Shown piece after piece: positions 1 through 10,836 of a stretch of 64,000 nucleotides of DNA. The notes under the pieces were generated by a model. It was not told the DNA's origin. It did no database searches and saw nothing but the letters and a program-made list of their open reading frames with translations. Numbering within the stretch: the stretch's first letter is position 1; the number at the start of each line of letters is the position of its first letter. Source of the DNA: an uncultured Chloroflexia bacterium (GTDB lineage: Bacteria > Chloroflexota > Chloroflexia > Thermomicrobiales > UBA6265); the NCBI GenBank assembly GCA_963724295.1, contig CAVRUC010000013.1:96001-160000 (forward strand), in the 5' to 3' direction. The translations under genes and the position numbers were made by a program.

Positions 1-2
1 TC

Positions 3-581
3 GCCGCCATGCTCCTCGCCGGAATGGCCGCCGGCGAGAAAGGTATCCCGATCATCCTCGATCCGGTCGGAGCCGGCGCCACCACATTCCGCACCGAGAG
101 CGCGCTGCGGCTGCTGCGAGAGTTGCCGATTACCGTGCTCCGTGGCAACCGCGGCGAGATCGGTGCATTGGTCGGTTCGGGCGAGGTGCGAGGGGTCGAG
201 GCCACCGGGTCGGAGGACCCGCGTCAAGTCGCGGCGGCGGCTCGTGACGTCTTTGGCGTCACCGTGGCGGTCACCGGCCAGACCGACGTCATCGCCGGTC
301 CTGACACGACCTATCTCGTCAACAACGGCTCGCCGCTCCTGGCCGGCATCACCGGCTCGGGCTGCATGGCGACGGCGACGATCGGGATCTTCGCCACCGC
401 CGGGAGTGATCCCGCATTGCAGACCGCGCTGGGCCTGGCCACCTACGGTCTCGCCGCCGAGCGCGCGGCGAGCGGAGATCCGGGTCCCGGTACATTCCGG
501 GCTCGCCTGCTGGACGAGGTTGCCGCGCTGCACGCCGCGGGGACGAAGGGGATCGATATCGTCGAGAGTGGTGAGGCGTAG
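3..581 (+). CDS. thiM: Hydroxyethylthiazole kinase, 5'-truncated by the window edge
   Basis: ThiM motifs ILDPVGAGAT, LRGNxGEI, VAVTGxTD and ITGSGCM, plus the C-terminal GPGTF. Confidence 0.93.
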   Translation, partial: AAMLLAGMAAGEKGIPIILDPVGAGATTFRTESALRLLRELPITVLRGNRGEIGALVGSGEVRGVEATGSEDPRQVAAAARDVFGVTVAVTGQTDVIAGPDTTYLVNNGSPLLAGITGSGCMATATIGIFATAGSDPALQTALGLATYGLAAERAASGDPGPGTFRARLLDEVAALHAAGTKGIDIVESGEA

Positions 582-596
582 GTTGGCAAGACGGCC

Positions 597-659
597 AGTC
601 GGTAAGTCGGTCAGTCGGTAAGAACGAGAAAAGACTGATGGCCAATAGCCAATGGCCGA
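597..659. repeat. Short intergenic tandem repeats (3x AGTCGGT[A/C] and 3x T[G/A]GCC[A/G]A)
   Basis: 8-mers at 597, 605 and 613; 7-mers at 639, 646 and 653. Confidence 0.6.
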
Positions 660-684
660 TAATCGAACAGAGAAGTGAGGCGAG

Positions 685-1356
685 ATGACAGAGGAGCTCT
701 GGACCGCGGTCGACCGCTATTTCGGCGATCTGCTGGTAGCTGCCGATCCCGCGCTGGATGAGGCACTCGCGGACAGCGCGGCCGCCGGACTACCGGCGAT
801 CAATGTCTCGCCGGTGCAGGGAAAACTGCTCCATCTCCTGGCGCGAGCCATCGGCGCCCGCAATGTCCTGGAGATCGGCACGCTCGGTGGCTACAGCACC
901 ATCTGGCTGGCCCGGGCTCTGCCCGACGGCGGCCGCGTGATCTCGCTCGAAGCCGATCCCAGGCACGCCGAGGTCGCTCGCGCCAACATCGCCCGCGCTG
1001 GACTGGACGACAGGGTCGAGGTGCGGCTCGGTATGGCCCTGGATCTCCTGCCAGAGTTGGCCGAACGTGCAGAGCCGTTCGATTTCGTCTTCATCGACGC
1101 CGACAAACCGAACAACGCGGCCTACTTCGATTGGGCGCTGAAGCTCTCCCGGGCCGGCACCATCATCGTCGTCGACAACGTCGTCCGTGGCGGTGAGGTG
1201 ATCGCCGCGGCGAGCGACTCCCCGACGGTGCAAGGCGTGCATCGCTTCCTGGAGCGGCTCGCCGCCGAGCCGCGGGTCAGCGCCACCGCGATCCAGACAG
1301 TCGGCGGCAAGGGATATGACGGTTTCGCGATTGCGCTCGTGACGTCGAACCCCTAG
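685..1356 (+). CDS. SAM-dependent O-methyltransferase (COMT/CCoAOMT family)
   Basis: LEIGTLGGYS, FDFVFIDADK, IVVDNV and KGYDGF motifs; GAGG RBS. Confidence 0.93.
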   Translation: MTEELWTAVDRYFGDLLVAADPALDEALADSAAAGLPAINVSPVQGKLLHLLARAIGARNVLEIGTLGGYSTIWLARALPDGGRVISLEADPRHAEVARANIARAGLDDRVEVRLGMALDLLPELAERAEPFDFVFIDADKPNNAAYFDWALKLSRAGTIIVVDNVVRGGEVIAAASDSPTVQGVHRFLERLAAEPRVSATAIQTVGGKGYDGFAIALVTSNP

Positions 1357-1548
1357 CTTGCCTCCGGCCGCGTGCGACGCGGCGGATTGGCACCGCTTAT
1401 GTTGCCGCTCATATACTCCCCGTACCGCTCGCAAAACCGGGAGATTCCGGACACACCCGCGTCACGGGGCAGCGAGCATTCCACCAACGCTGGGAACGGC
1501 CGGTGGCAACCCGGCCGCACGGCTCGTTGACCGGCGCGGGAGAGAGCC

Positions 1549-3066
1549 ATGCGTCTCTGCTCGCCAACTGGCCCTTTCACGGCTTTTCTAGGCCGGCTGG
1601 CGCTTGCGCTGTCGATCGTCACCCTCACGCTTGCGAGCGCGGCGCCGCTCGTCGCGGCGTGGCAAACCACGCCGCCGTCGCTGCCCATGCCTCCCCCACC
1701 CCCTGCCGACCCGCCTGAGGGCTTCACCAGTGCCGAAACCGAACACGCCAGGATTCACGTCGAGCCGGGCACGGAGATCGACGCCGCAGCCTTCGCGCGC
1801 ACCTGGGGATTGCTCATCGACGATGGGCTGGATCAGCTCGAGTCGTTCCTACCGCCGCTCCACGACAAGATCGACGTCTACGTCTATGTGAGCGCCGATT
1901 CGTACACCGCCGCCATCACCGCCACCCGCTGGCGCGAACCGGAAGCAACCGACGTGCTGGCGAATCCCGGCCGGGGCGACATCGCGGTCAATCAGATCGC
2001 TCTTGCCAAGCGCACGCCGCTGGAAGCGGAAAATGCGCTGCGGCACGCGATGTCCCACGTCGTGGCCAGGGAAGCATCCGGTGGCCGCATCCCTCGTGGA
2101 TTCGACGAGGGGTTAGCTGCCTATTTCGAGCGGCCGGTGCCCGCCCGTCTGGCCCGGCACGCGGCACTGGTACAAAACGCTCGTGCCGGGGGCAGCCTGA
2201 TGTCGTGGTCGGATCTCAACCGTCCCGCGGCGCCCGACACCCCGCCACCGGTGCTGATCGCCCACGCCTACAGCATGGTTGCGTTTCTCATCGACCGTCA
2301 CGGTCCGGCCGTCCTCGGCGATTTCATCACCGCGCTGGCCGACGAGCCCGACTGGCGCGCCGTGCTGCGCGCGACCTACAGCAGGGCGCCCAACGAGCTG
2401 GAAGCGCAATGGGAGGAGAGCTTGCCGCGCTGGACGGCCGGCGGCTGGCGCACGAACTTGCTGGCGGCGTTCGATCTGCAACCCGCGCGAGAGCTCCTCG
2501 AGCTTGGACATTACGCGACAGCCCGCCGCGAGTTGGAGCAGTCCCTCCGGCTCTTCACCGATCTTGGCGATGACGAGGGCATCGCCGAAGTCGGGATGCT
2601 GCTGGGTCAGACCGATACCGGACTGCAGGCCGAGACGTTCATGTCTCAGGCACAGGCAGCGTTGGAACATCATGACTACAATCGGGCACAGACACTCCTG
2701 CAGGAGGCTCGCACCCAGTACGACCGGCTCTCCGCGGCGCAGGAGCCAACTGAGCTCATCGCCGCCTACGACGAGCTGATCCAGGCAGGCACGCAAGCGT
2801 CCCGCGATCTCGAGAACGCCCGCCAGCAATCGCTGCGTTGGGCCGACTATCCAATGGCCCGTGCCTCTGCGCTCGCCGCGGGGGCTGGGTACGCTCGTCT
2901 GGGCGATGACGCCGGAAGGAGCCAGACGGCAGAGGTGCTCGAAGCCCTTGACTCACGCCAGCGCCGCCTCGTCCTTCTCTTTGGCGGCCTGGCGCTGCTC
3001 TCCGCGGCATGGTTGACCCTCTGGCTCTGGGCCCGTGGCGGGCCTCAGCTCGATTGGGAGCGCTAA
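1549..3066 (+). CDS. Secreted/membrane-anchored peptidase MA-like protein with TPR-like helices and a C-terminal TM helix
   Basis: Signal-like N-terminus; HAMSH...PRGFDEGLA, a gluzincin-like layout lacking the catalytic Glu; helical repeats; hydrophobic C-terminus. Confidence 0.75.
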   Translation: MRLCSPTGPFTAFLGRLALALSIVTLTLASAAPLVAAWQTTPPSLPMPPPPPADPPEGFTSAETEHARIHVEPGTEIDAAAFARTWGLLIDDGLDQLESFLPPLHDKIDVYVYVSADSYTAAITATRWREPEATDVLANPGRGDIAVNQIALAKRTPLEAENALRHAMSHVVAREASGGRIPRGFDEGLAAYFERPVPARLARHAALVQNARAGGSLMSWSDLNRPAAPDTPPPVLIAHAYSMVAFLIDRHGPAVLGDFITALADEPDWRAVLRATYSRAPNELEAQWEESLPRWTAGGWRTNLLAAFDLQPARELLELGHYATARRELEQSLRLFTDLGDDEGIAEVGMLLGQTDTGLQAETFMSQAQAALEHHDYNRAQTLLQEARTQYDRLSAAQEPTELIAAYDELIQAGTQASRDLENARQQSLRWADYPMARASALAAGAGYARLGDDAGRSQTAEVLEALDSRQRRLVLLFGGLALLSAAWLTLWLWARGGPQLDWER

Positions 3067-5045
3067 TGCAACGCTCGGCCTCCCTACCCCGGCTCCAACC
3101 CGCCACTGCTCCCTGGGAGCGGGCGCGGGCCGCTCTTGACCATCTTGGCCAGCAGCTAGCCGACCCGGTCACCCGCCCGGCCTTCTTCTGGCGCGCGTTC
3201 TGGGCGCCGTTCTGGGTCTGGTCCGATTCGCCCAGGCCGGCATTGCCAGCGCGCGGACCAGCCGTACCCAGGGATCTTGGTCTTGCCGGGGAAGCGGTCG
3301 TGAGCGGCATCGACCGCGTGCGCCGTCGTCTCTGGGTCACCCTCGCCGCGGCGGCGATTTGCCGCGGTATCTGGCTCGCGCTGGCCTTTGCCGCGGTACT
3401 CATGGTCCTCGATGTCCTGGGTGGGCCGACGTTCGATCCACGACCTGCCGCTATTGCCGGCGTGTTGCTGCTGCTCGCCGGTCTGGTGCTGGCCGCATTG
3501 AGCAAGCCATCCCGCATGCGTGCGGCACGCATGCTCGACCGCACCTTCGGGCTCCAGGAACGACTGAGCACCGCGCTCGACGACCTCGGCCTCGGCGTGC
3601 CCGCGCCAGGAGAGCGGGCCCCGGTCGTCTATTTACAGATGGCCGACGCCGCCAACGCTATGGCCGTCCTGCGCAATGACAGCCGGTTGCGCCCGGCGAT
3701 CCCCGTCCGGGAGGTCGTCCTCGTCGTCTTGTGTGCCCTGGTGCTGGCGACCCTGGCGTTTCTCCGCGGTTTGGGAGGCGGTTTGCCGGAGCTTGCCGTG
3801 GCCCACGTGCCGCCCTTCACCCCCGCTATCGAACGACCCGCCGAGCCCGAGCCCTCGGCTGCTGAGCTGGACGCGGCGGCGATGGTGCCCACCGTCCAGG
3901 AAGTCATGGAGCGCGCTGACCGCTCAGCGCAAACCAGGCGGGATCTGCAGGCACTGGCGGCCGCGCTCGCCGACCACGCGGTGACCCGGCCGGCGGCCGA
4001 GGAGATCGCGCGCGGTGACTACGACGCGGCCGGCGAACAGATTCGCGATGCCGCGGCGCAGGCCGGAGAGCTGTCGTCCGGAGCGCGAGATGGGCTCGCC
4101 GAGGATCTGGAGCGCGCCTCGGAGACAATGCAGCCGGAGAGCAATGGACTCCACGAAGCGTCGCGGGACGCCGCGTCAGGGCTACGCCAGGACGATGAGA
4201 CGGCTCGCACGGAGATGGGGGATCTCGCCGACGCGGTGGAGCGTGCCGGGGAGCAGGTCGTTCCGCAAGACGAACTGGCCTCTCAGATGCGTAACGCGCG
4301 GCAGGCCCAGGCCCAGCAGGGTGGTGACAGCGGCCAGTCCGGCTCCCAGAGTCAGAGTGGAGATCCAGGCGATGCCGCAACACAGTCGAGCGCCGGCGGT
4401 GATCCGGGAAGCGGCGTCGATGCCGATGCGTCCAGCGGCTCGGAAGGAGATGCGGCACAGAGCGAACGTGGCGCACAGCCCGGTGAAAATAGCGGCGATG
4501 GCGCGGAGGGTGAGTCGGGGCAATCGGGTGAGAGCGGCCGGGGCACCACCCCCGGCGACGCGGATCAGCCCGGGCCTGGTGAAGGCGGGGCTCCTGACGA
4601 TGCGTCGCAACGTGGGGCGAACGCCAGTGGCATGGAAAGCGAAGGAGACTCAGCAAACGCGCAACAAGGCGCCGGCGCTGGCACCGGCGAAGCAGGCGAC
4701 CCGACCGGCGAAGACGGTTCGGCGTCGGCCTCGAATCTCGCGGTCGGCGCGGGCGAAGATCCCGCCGATGCCAACGTTTCGACCGGCGGCGCCGCGGAGG
4801 CCGATCCCGCTGCCCTCGAAGGCGCCAACCCTGGTGTCGCGCTCCCATCCAGCTCCGGTCAGCAAGGCGTGCAGACCTCATCCGATGGTGGGTCGGCGAT
4901 GCGCGGCTCCGGCGCCGGGGTGACCGCGGGTTCCGGGTTCGCCGTGCAAGGCGAAGTCGGCGACGGGGGACCTGACTCCAACCGGGTTCCCGCCGAGCAC
5001 CGGGAAACGGTCGAGCGCTATTTTTCCAACGGCGGCGGCGAATGA
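3066..5045 (+). CDS. Membrane protein with coiled-coil and a G/S/Q/E-rich disordered tail (typical DUF58/VWA-cluster partner)
   Basis: ATG overlaps the upstream TAA; 3 TM segments; LDRTFGLQERLSTA; ends VPAEHRETVERYF. Confidence 0.75.
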   Translation: MQRSASLPRLQPATAPWERARAALDHLGQQLADPVTRPAFFWRAFWAPFWVWSDSPRPALPARGPAVPRDLGLAGEAVVSGIDRVRRRLWVTLAAAAICRGIWLALAFAAVLMVLDVLGGPTFDPRPAAIAGVLLLLAGLVLAALSKPSRMRAARMLDRTFGLQERLSTALDDLGLGVPAPGERAPVVYLQMADAANAMAVLRNDSRLRPAIPVREVVLVVLCALVLATLAFLRGLGGGLPELAVAHVPPFTPAIERPAEPEPSAAELDAAAMVPTVQEVMERADRSAQTRRDLQALAAALADHAVTRPAAEEIARGDYDAAGEQIRDAAAQAGELSSGARDGLAEDLERASETMQPESNGLHEASRDAASGLRQDDETARTEMGDLADAVERAGEQVVPQDELASQMRNARQAQAQQGGDSGQSGSQSQSGDPGDAATQSSAGGDPGSGVDADASSGSEGDAAQSERGAQPGENSGDGAEGESGQSGESGRGTTPGDADQPGPGEGGAPDDASQRGANASGMESEGDSANAQQGAGAGTGEAGDPTGEDGSASASNLAVGAGEDPADANVSTGGAAEADPAALEGANPGVALPSSSGQQGVQTSSDGGSAMRGSGAGVTAGSGFAVQGEVGDGGPDSNRVPAEHRETVERYFSNGGGE

Positions 5046-6103
5046 GCGCCTCGGACATGCAGCCGGCGGGATGGCGCAACGCGACGCTCGGTTCGATGCG
5101 CTCTCGCGTCTGGCGGCCGTTCTCGAAGCGCGCGACGGCCAGCACCGATGCCGCCGAGACAGCCGCCGGTGATCTGCTGCTCGACGAGCGCACGCTAGCT
5201 CGCCTCCGCCGCCTTTCCCTGGTGGCCGGCCGGGCCCGCACCGAGGGCCTGGCCGGCGAGCACCGATCGCGCCGTCGCGGCACGTCGCCGGAATTTGCCG
5301 ATTTCAAACGGTATTCCCAGGGAGACGACTTCCGCCGCATCGACTGGAACACCTACGCCCGGTTGGACAGCCTCTTCGTGCGGCTGAGCGAGGTCACGAC
5401 CGAGCTCTCAGTCCATTTCCTGCTCGATAGCAGCGCTTCGATGGACTGGCGCGGGAGCGACGACCGGCCCACGAAGTTTACGGCCGCCAGATGCCTCACC
5501 GGCGCGCTGGCGTATATCGCGCTCTGGGGATTCGATCGGGTCTCGATCGTGCCCTTCACCGAAGCGCTGGGCAGACCATACGGACCGGTGCAGGGGCGGT
5601 CCCAGGTGGTGCCAGCCTTGCGACACCTGCAACGCATGCAACCGCTGGGTGGGACCGCGCTGACGCCGGCGATCGGGGCCTACGCGCATGGCCGCTCCCG
5701 CCGTGGTCTCCTCTTTCTCGTCTCCGATCTGCTCTCCGGTGAGCCGGAGGATCTGCAAGCGGCTCTGCACGATCTCCGTGCCCGCGGCTGGCAGACGGCG
5801 GTGCTGCACATTGTCGACGAGGCGGAAGTGGCCACTGACGCGGCGGCCGCCTGGTTGACACGGGAAGAGGATGGGATCGGAGTGACGTCGCTCGAGCTGG
5901 TCGACCGGGAATCCGGCGCAATCCTGCGACTGGCGCCGGACGACGATCTGGTGGCGCGGTATGCGGCCGGCGTGACTACCTGGCTCGAAGGCCTGGAAGC
6001 GGCGTGTGCCGCGGAACAGGCGGCCTACGCCCGAGTCTCGACCGCCTGGGGCGTCGACGATCTGACGGTGGCCCTCCTTCACGCGCGGGGGGTCGTGGCA
6101 TGA
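5042..6103 (+). CDS. DUF58 domain protein
   Basis: GEHRSRRRGTSPEFADFKRYSQGDDFRRIDWNTYAR; LLDSSASM. Confidence 0.9.
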   Translation: MSASDMQPAGWRNATLGSMRSRVWRPFSKRATASTDAAETAAGDLLLDERTLARLRRLSLVAGRARTEGLAGEHRSRRRGTSPEFADFKRYSQGDDFRRIDWNTYARLDSLFVRLSEVTTELSVHFLLDSSASMDWRGSDDRPTKFTAARCLTGALAYIALWGFDRVSIVPFTEALGRPYGPVQGRSQVVPALRHLQRMQPLGGTALTPAIGAYAHGRSRRGLLFLVSDLLSGEPEDLQAALHDLRARGWQTAVLHIVDEAEVATDAAAAWLTREEDGIGVTSLELVDRESGAILRLAPDDDLVARYAAGVTTWLEGLEAACAAEQAAYARVSTAWGVDDLTVALLHARGVVA

Positions 6104-8109
6104 ACCTGCTCGCCCCTCTCGGGCTGGCCGCCCTGGTCGCCATCCCGGTCATCATCCTCTTCCACATGCGGCACACCACGCCGACTCGCCGCCCGGTCCC
6201 GTCTCTCCGCTTCTGGGAGGCGGCCAACCCGCGACCAGCCGAGGCCCGCCGCTTGCGGCGGCCACCACTCTCCCTGCCTCTCCTGCTCCAGATTGCCGCC
6301 GCCGCGTTACTCGCCATCGCGCTGGCGCGACCCGCCACCGCGGCTCAACTTGCGGCCCTTGCGCCGGGCCTGCATGCCGAACCGCGCCACCTCATCCTCC
6401 TCCTCGATGGGTCGACCAGCATGAGCGCCACTGCCAGCGCCACATCGCTCTCGCGCTGGGACGCTGCCCGCCGCGAGGCGTTGGATCGCCTGGCTCCACT
6501 GCGCCAGGGTGACGTCGCGACCGTGATCCTGATGGGCACGCGCCCCGTGACGTTGACCGCAACCGATGACGCATCGCTCATCGCCCTCCGCGAGCGACTG
6601 GCCCTGGTCGCCCAACCAGGAGGACGCGCGGATCTCGATGACGCCCTCGCGCTGGCCGGCGATCTCTTTTTGCCGAATCTCGACCGGGAGGTAGTCGTCA
6701 TCAGCGACGGCGCGGTTACTGCCGATCCGGCGGTCGTAGCCGGTGTCGAGGCGCCGGTGACCCTCGTGATCGCGGGTGGCGCCGAGGGCGATGAGGAGCG
6801 CGCCAACCTGGCCGTCATCGATGTTTCGGCGAGACCGAGCCCCAGCGGCGACGGCACCGTCGGGCTCTATACCTCGGTTGCCAATTTCGGTTCGCGGAGT
6901 CTCACCGTCCCGGTTTCGCTGCAGGGCGACGGTCTCGAGATCGGCCGTTCCGAGGTGACGATTGCCGGAGGGGGGGCCGTTGAACCTTTGCGCTGGCTCC
7001 TGCCTCCCGGTGTGGCCGAGCTGACAGTGCGCATCGAGCACGCTGATAGCCTCGCCGCTGACAACACCGCGTCCCTGCTCCCGAGCGAAACAGCCACCAC
7101 GACCATCGCGCCGCGCATTCTGCTTGTGTCGGACCTCCCCGGCGCGCTCGCGCGTGCCCTCACGGCGATCGACAACGTCCAGCTCACCATCGAACCGAGT
7201 GACAACCTGGCCGCGATCGCCGCTGGTGGCTACGACCTCGTCGTCTTCGACCGCGCCGCTCCGGCCAGTGAGACGCTGTCGAAGATCGACACCGCGAGTC
7301 TCTGGGTCGGACCTCCGGTGGGAGGGCCGTTCGCGGTGGCCGAGGGTGTCATCAATCCCCAGGTCACGCGGGTGCGTGCCGGTGATCCGCTGCTGGAAGG
7401 GGTCGACCTGTCCGGTGCGACCTTTGGCCCGACTCCCATCTTTACGCTCAACGCCGGAGATGACGAGATCGTCGGTTCCGCGGACGGCCCGCTGCTCTTT
7501 CGCACGGAGATCAACGACCAGCCGGCGGTGGTGCTGACCGTCGATCCCGAGACATCGAACTTGCCGAAGCGAGTCGCGTTTCCGGTGCTGGTCGCGAACA
7601 TGGTCGAGGCGCTCGCTCCCGACGGCATCCCAGCCGCGATACCGCTGGGAGAACCACTCGTTTACGAGCCTCGTGCATCCACAGCCTCGGTCGAGATCGT
7701 CCCGCCCTCCGGCGACGCCGCGCTTCTCCCGGTCTTTTCCACGGAGACTGACGAGGGCGAAAGCGCGACCGGTTCGGTCTCGCGGGACATCGTCTACACC
7801 GACACCGGTGCGGCAGGCGTCTACACCGTCACGGAGACTGACGCAACGGGGATCGATCTGGGAGCGACGCGCTTCGTCGTCAACGCCGGTCACCAGCGGG
7901 AGTCGGACCTGCGCCTCGATCCGAATCTGGCATCGGCGCTGGCCACCGCATCCGGGTCCGGCGTAACGGCGCAGCGGGAGGAGCGTGTCGATCTCTGGCC
8001 GCTCCTCGCCTTCATCGCCCTGCTGGTCATCGTCGCCGAATGGATAACGGCACTCTGGCCATCCGTGCGTAGAGCGACGAAGCGGCCGCTCCCTCGGGGT
8101 GCGACGTGA
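6100..8109 (+). CDS. BatA-domain/VWA membrane protein
   Basis: BatA-type N-terminus (IPVIILFHM...PSLRFW...LALARP); MIDAS DGSTSM; VISDG; C-terminal TM LWPLLAFIALLVIVAEW; ATGA overlap. Confidence 0.85.
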   Translation: MNLLAPLGLAALVAIPVIILFHMRHTTPTRRPVPSLRFWEAANPRPAEARRLRRPPLSLPLLLQIAAAALLAIALARPATAAQLAALAPGLHAEPRHLILLLDGSTSMSATASATSLSRWDAARREALDRLAPLRQGDVATVILMGTRPVTLTATDDASLIALRERLALVAQPGGRADLDDALALAGDLFLPNLDREVVVISDGAVTADPAVVAGVEAPVTLVIAGGAEGDEERANLAVIDVSARPSPSGDGTVGLYTSVANFGSRSLTVPVSLQGDGLEIGRSEVTIAGGGAVEPLRWLLPPGVAELTVRIEHADSLAADNTASLLPSETATTTIAPRILLVSDLPGALARALTAIDNVQLTIEPSDNLAAIAAGGYDLVVFDRAAPASETLSKIDTASLWVGPPVGGPFAVAEGVINPQVTRVRAGDPLLEGVDLSGATFGPTPIFTLNAGDDEIVGSADGPLLFRTEINDQPAVVLTVDPETSNLPKRVAFPVLVANMVEALAPDGIPAAIPLGEPLVYEPRASTASVEIVPPSGDAALLPVFSTETDEGESATGSVSRDIVYTDTGAAGVYTVTETDATGIDLGATRFVVNAGHQRESDLRLDPNLASALATASGSGVTAQREERVDLWPLLAFIALLVIVAEWITALWPSVRRATKRPLPRGAT

Positions 8110-10761
8110 CATCCCTCGTTTGGGCGCGTCCAGACGCGCTGTGGCTGCTAGCTCTCGTCCCGCTCTTCGCGCTAACGGGTATCTGGCTGGGAACCCGCCG
8201 TGGCCGGCTATCGCGGGTGGCGCTGCTGTGGCGGCTCGCGGTCGTTGCCCTGCTCGCGCTCGGATTAGCCGAGCCAATGATTGCCTCAGGATCGGCGACG
8301 GGCGGCGTGGTCTTCGTCGTCGACCACTCCGACAGCATCGGCGCCGAGGCGCGCGATGCGGCGGATCGCTGGCTGAGGGATGCACTGGCCGCCGCGCCTC
8401 TCGAGCGTCGGGCCGCTATCGTGAATTTCGGCGCTAAACCGGTCTTGGCCACGGCGCCGGGATCCGCTCGCGATCTCCTCGGCGACGATGCGGCAGCCGC
8501 GGTCTCCGCCGGTGGCGCGGAGATCGATCCCACGTTCAGCAACGTCGACGCGGGACTCGGCTTGGCCCGAGCCTTGCCGCTCGGTGGCGGTCGCCGCATC
8601 GTGCTCGTCTCCGACGGCGCCGAAAATGTCGGCCAGGCCATCGACCAGGCCGCGCAGGCCTCGCTCGAGGGCATGCCGATCGATGTCCTGGCTCTTCCCG
8701 GGGTCAGCGACTCGGACCTGCGGGTCGATGGCATCTCGGCGCCAACATCCGCCTGGGAGGGAGAGCCGATCACGGTGCTGGCCGGGGTCGAAACTGGTCG
8801 CGACGGCCCAGCCACAGTCGAGCTCCTCGTCGACGGCCAGGTCAAGACGACCGAGGAAGTCGATCTTACGGAGGGCCTCAGCTCCCGGGCCTTCACGCTC
8901 GATGATCTGGCCCCCGGATTCCACTCACTCGAGGTGCGCGTTCAGGGCGACTCGGAAGTGGATCGCCGCCAGGACGATGACCGCGTACCACACGGCATCG
9001 TCGTGCGTGACCGGCCGCACATCCTTCTCATCGTGCCCGAGGGCGCTGACCCCGGCATCATGCGCGGCATCCTGGAGCGAGGCGGGTCGGACGTGACCGT
9101 GACGGAACCGACAGGCATCCCCTCCCGACTCTCGGAGCTCGGCGCCTGGGATGGGTTCGTGCTCGACAACGTCCCGGCGGCCGTCCCTGACGTTCGATCA
9201 GGTGGCCGGGCTGCGCGAGGCGACACGCTCGCTTGGCCGCGGTCTGGTCGTCATCGGCGGCACTGCCGCCTACGGACCCGGCGGCTACGCCGGTACCCCG
9301 CTCGAAGACGCCCTTCCCGTCACGGTGAAGGTCACCGACGGCCGGGAGCGGCAACGGGTCGCGCTGTTGCTGATCATGGACAAATCGGGGTCGATGGGCT
9401 ACGACCCGCTGGGCGGCAAGGGCAAGATCGAGATGGCCAAAGAGGCGGTCCGCCTGGCCGCGCGCTCGCTGGCCGAAGGCGATCAGGTCGGCTTGATCGT
9501 CTTCAACGACCGTCAAGAGTGGATCGTCCCGCTAACTACCATCGGCGATGAGTCGACGCGCGCCGCCATCGACCGCAAGATCGCGGCGATCGAGCCGGAC
9601 GGCGGTACCGAGATTCTGCCCGCGCTGTCGGTCGGGCTCGATGCCATCCGCAACGCCGAAGCTGATGCCCGGCACATCGTGCTCCTCTCCGACGGCAAGG
9701 CACGCACCGGCACCCGCGAGAGCTATCAGCGGTTGCTGGACGACGCCCTCGCCGACCGCACCACGCTCTCCACGATCGCCATCGGCGAGGATGCCGACAC
9801 GGATCTCCTCAACTTTCTGGCCGACGAAGGCGGCGGGCGCTATCACTTCACGGTCCGCGATGAGGAAATTCCACGGTTGACGCTGGAAGAGGCCCGCAGC
9901 GCCGGCAGCCAGTCGGTCATTCGGGGCGCCTTCCGACCCATTCAGACGGCTCCCAGCCCGATTCTGGATCGTATCGATCCGGCGAGCCTACCCGACCTGG
10001 CAGGCTATGACTTTGCCGAGGCGAAGCCGGACGCACAGGTGATCCTCACTTCCGACCGCGAGGATCCCGTGCTTGCCAAATGGCAATTTGGACTCGGGCG
10101 CGTCATTGCCTGGACGGCGGACAACGGGTCAGATCTGGCCGCGCCCTGGGCTATGTGGGAGGGGTACGACGATTTCTGGGCCGCCGCCGTGCGCTGGGCG
10201 CTCCCCGACCCGGAGCGGCGTCCTTTGACCGTCTCCACAACCCGCGATGGCGCTGACATGGTCCTGACCGTCACCGCGGCGGGCGAGAGTGGGGATTTTG
10301 CCGACTTCCTGCCCACCTTTGCCACCGTTACCTCATCCTCGGGCGAACCAGTCGTGACCCAGGAGCTGACGCAGACGGCGCCTGGCGAATACACGCTGCG
10401 TCTGCCAGCTCCGGCTCCCGGGGCCTACGCCGTTCAGGTTCGGCAGGAGCGGGCGAGCGGCCCGCTGGAGGAGTTGGCGGGCATCACCGTGCCTCCGTCA
10501 CCCGAAACCCTCCCCGCCCCGGAGGGTTCTTCCCTCCTCGCCTCACTCGCCACTCGCACCAATGGTCGGGTTCTCTCTCTGGACGATCCGGCCGCGGTCT
10601 GGGATGCCGCCACCTCTGGTGGCAGTCCACTGCGCGAGCATCGCGCCGTCTGGTACGTCCCCATCGGCCTGGCACTCGCGCTCTTCGTGATCGACATCGC
10701 CACAAGGATGGGCATCTGGCCGATGGTGCGCCGGCTCGTAAGCGGTCCCACCCGCACCTGA
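8106..10761 (+). CDS. Double-VWA membrane protein with a glutamine-amidotransferase-like domain; one +1 frameshift near 9182
   Basis: ORFs 8106-9551 and 9151-10761 join at VLDNVPAA/SLTFDQ; MIDAS motifs DHSDS and DKSGSM; WQFGLGRVIAW; C-terminal TM. Confidence 0.85.
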
Positions 10762-10836
10762 TCCCTCCCCTACTGGCCTGCCTGCTACGCTTCAACTTCG
10801 TCGATCCAGGAACGCCGTCGTACGCGGGGACGAGCC

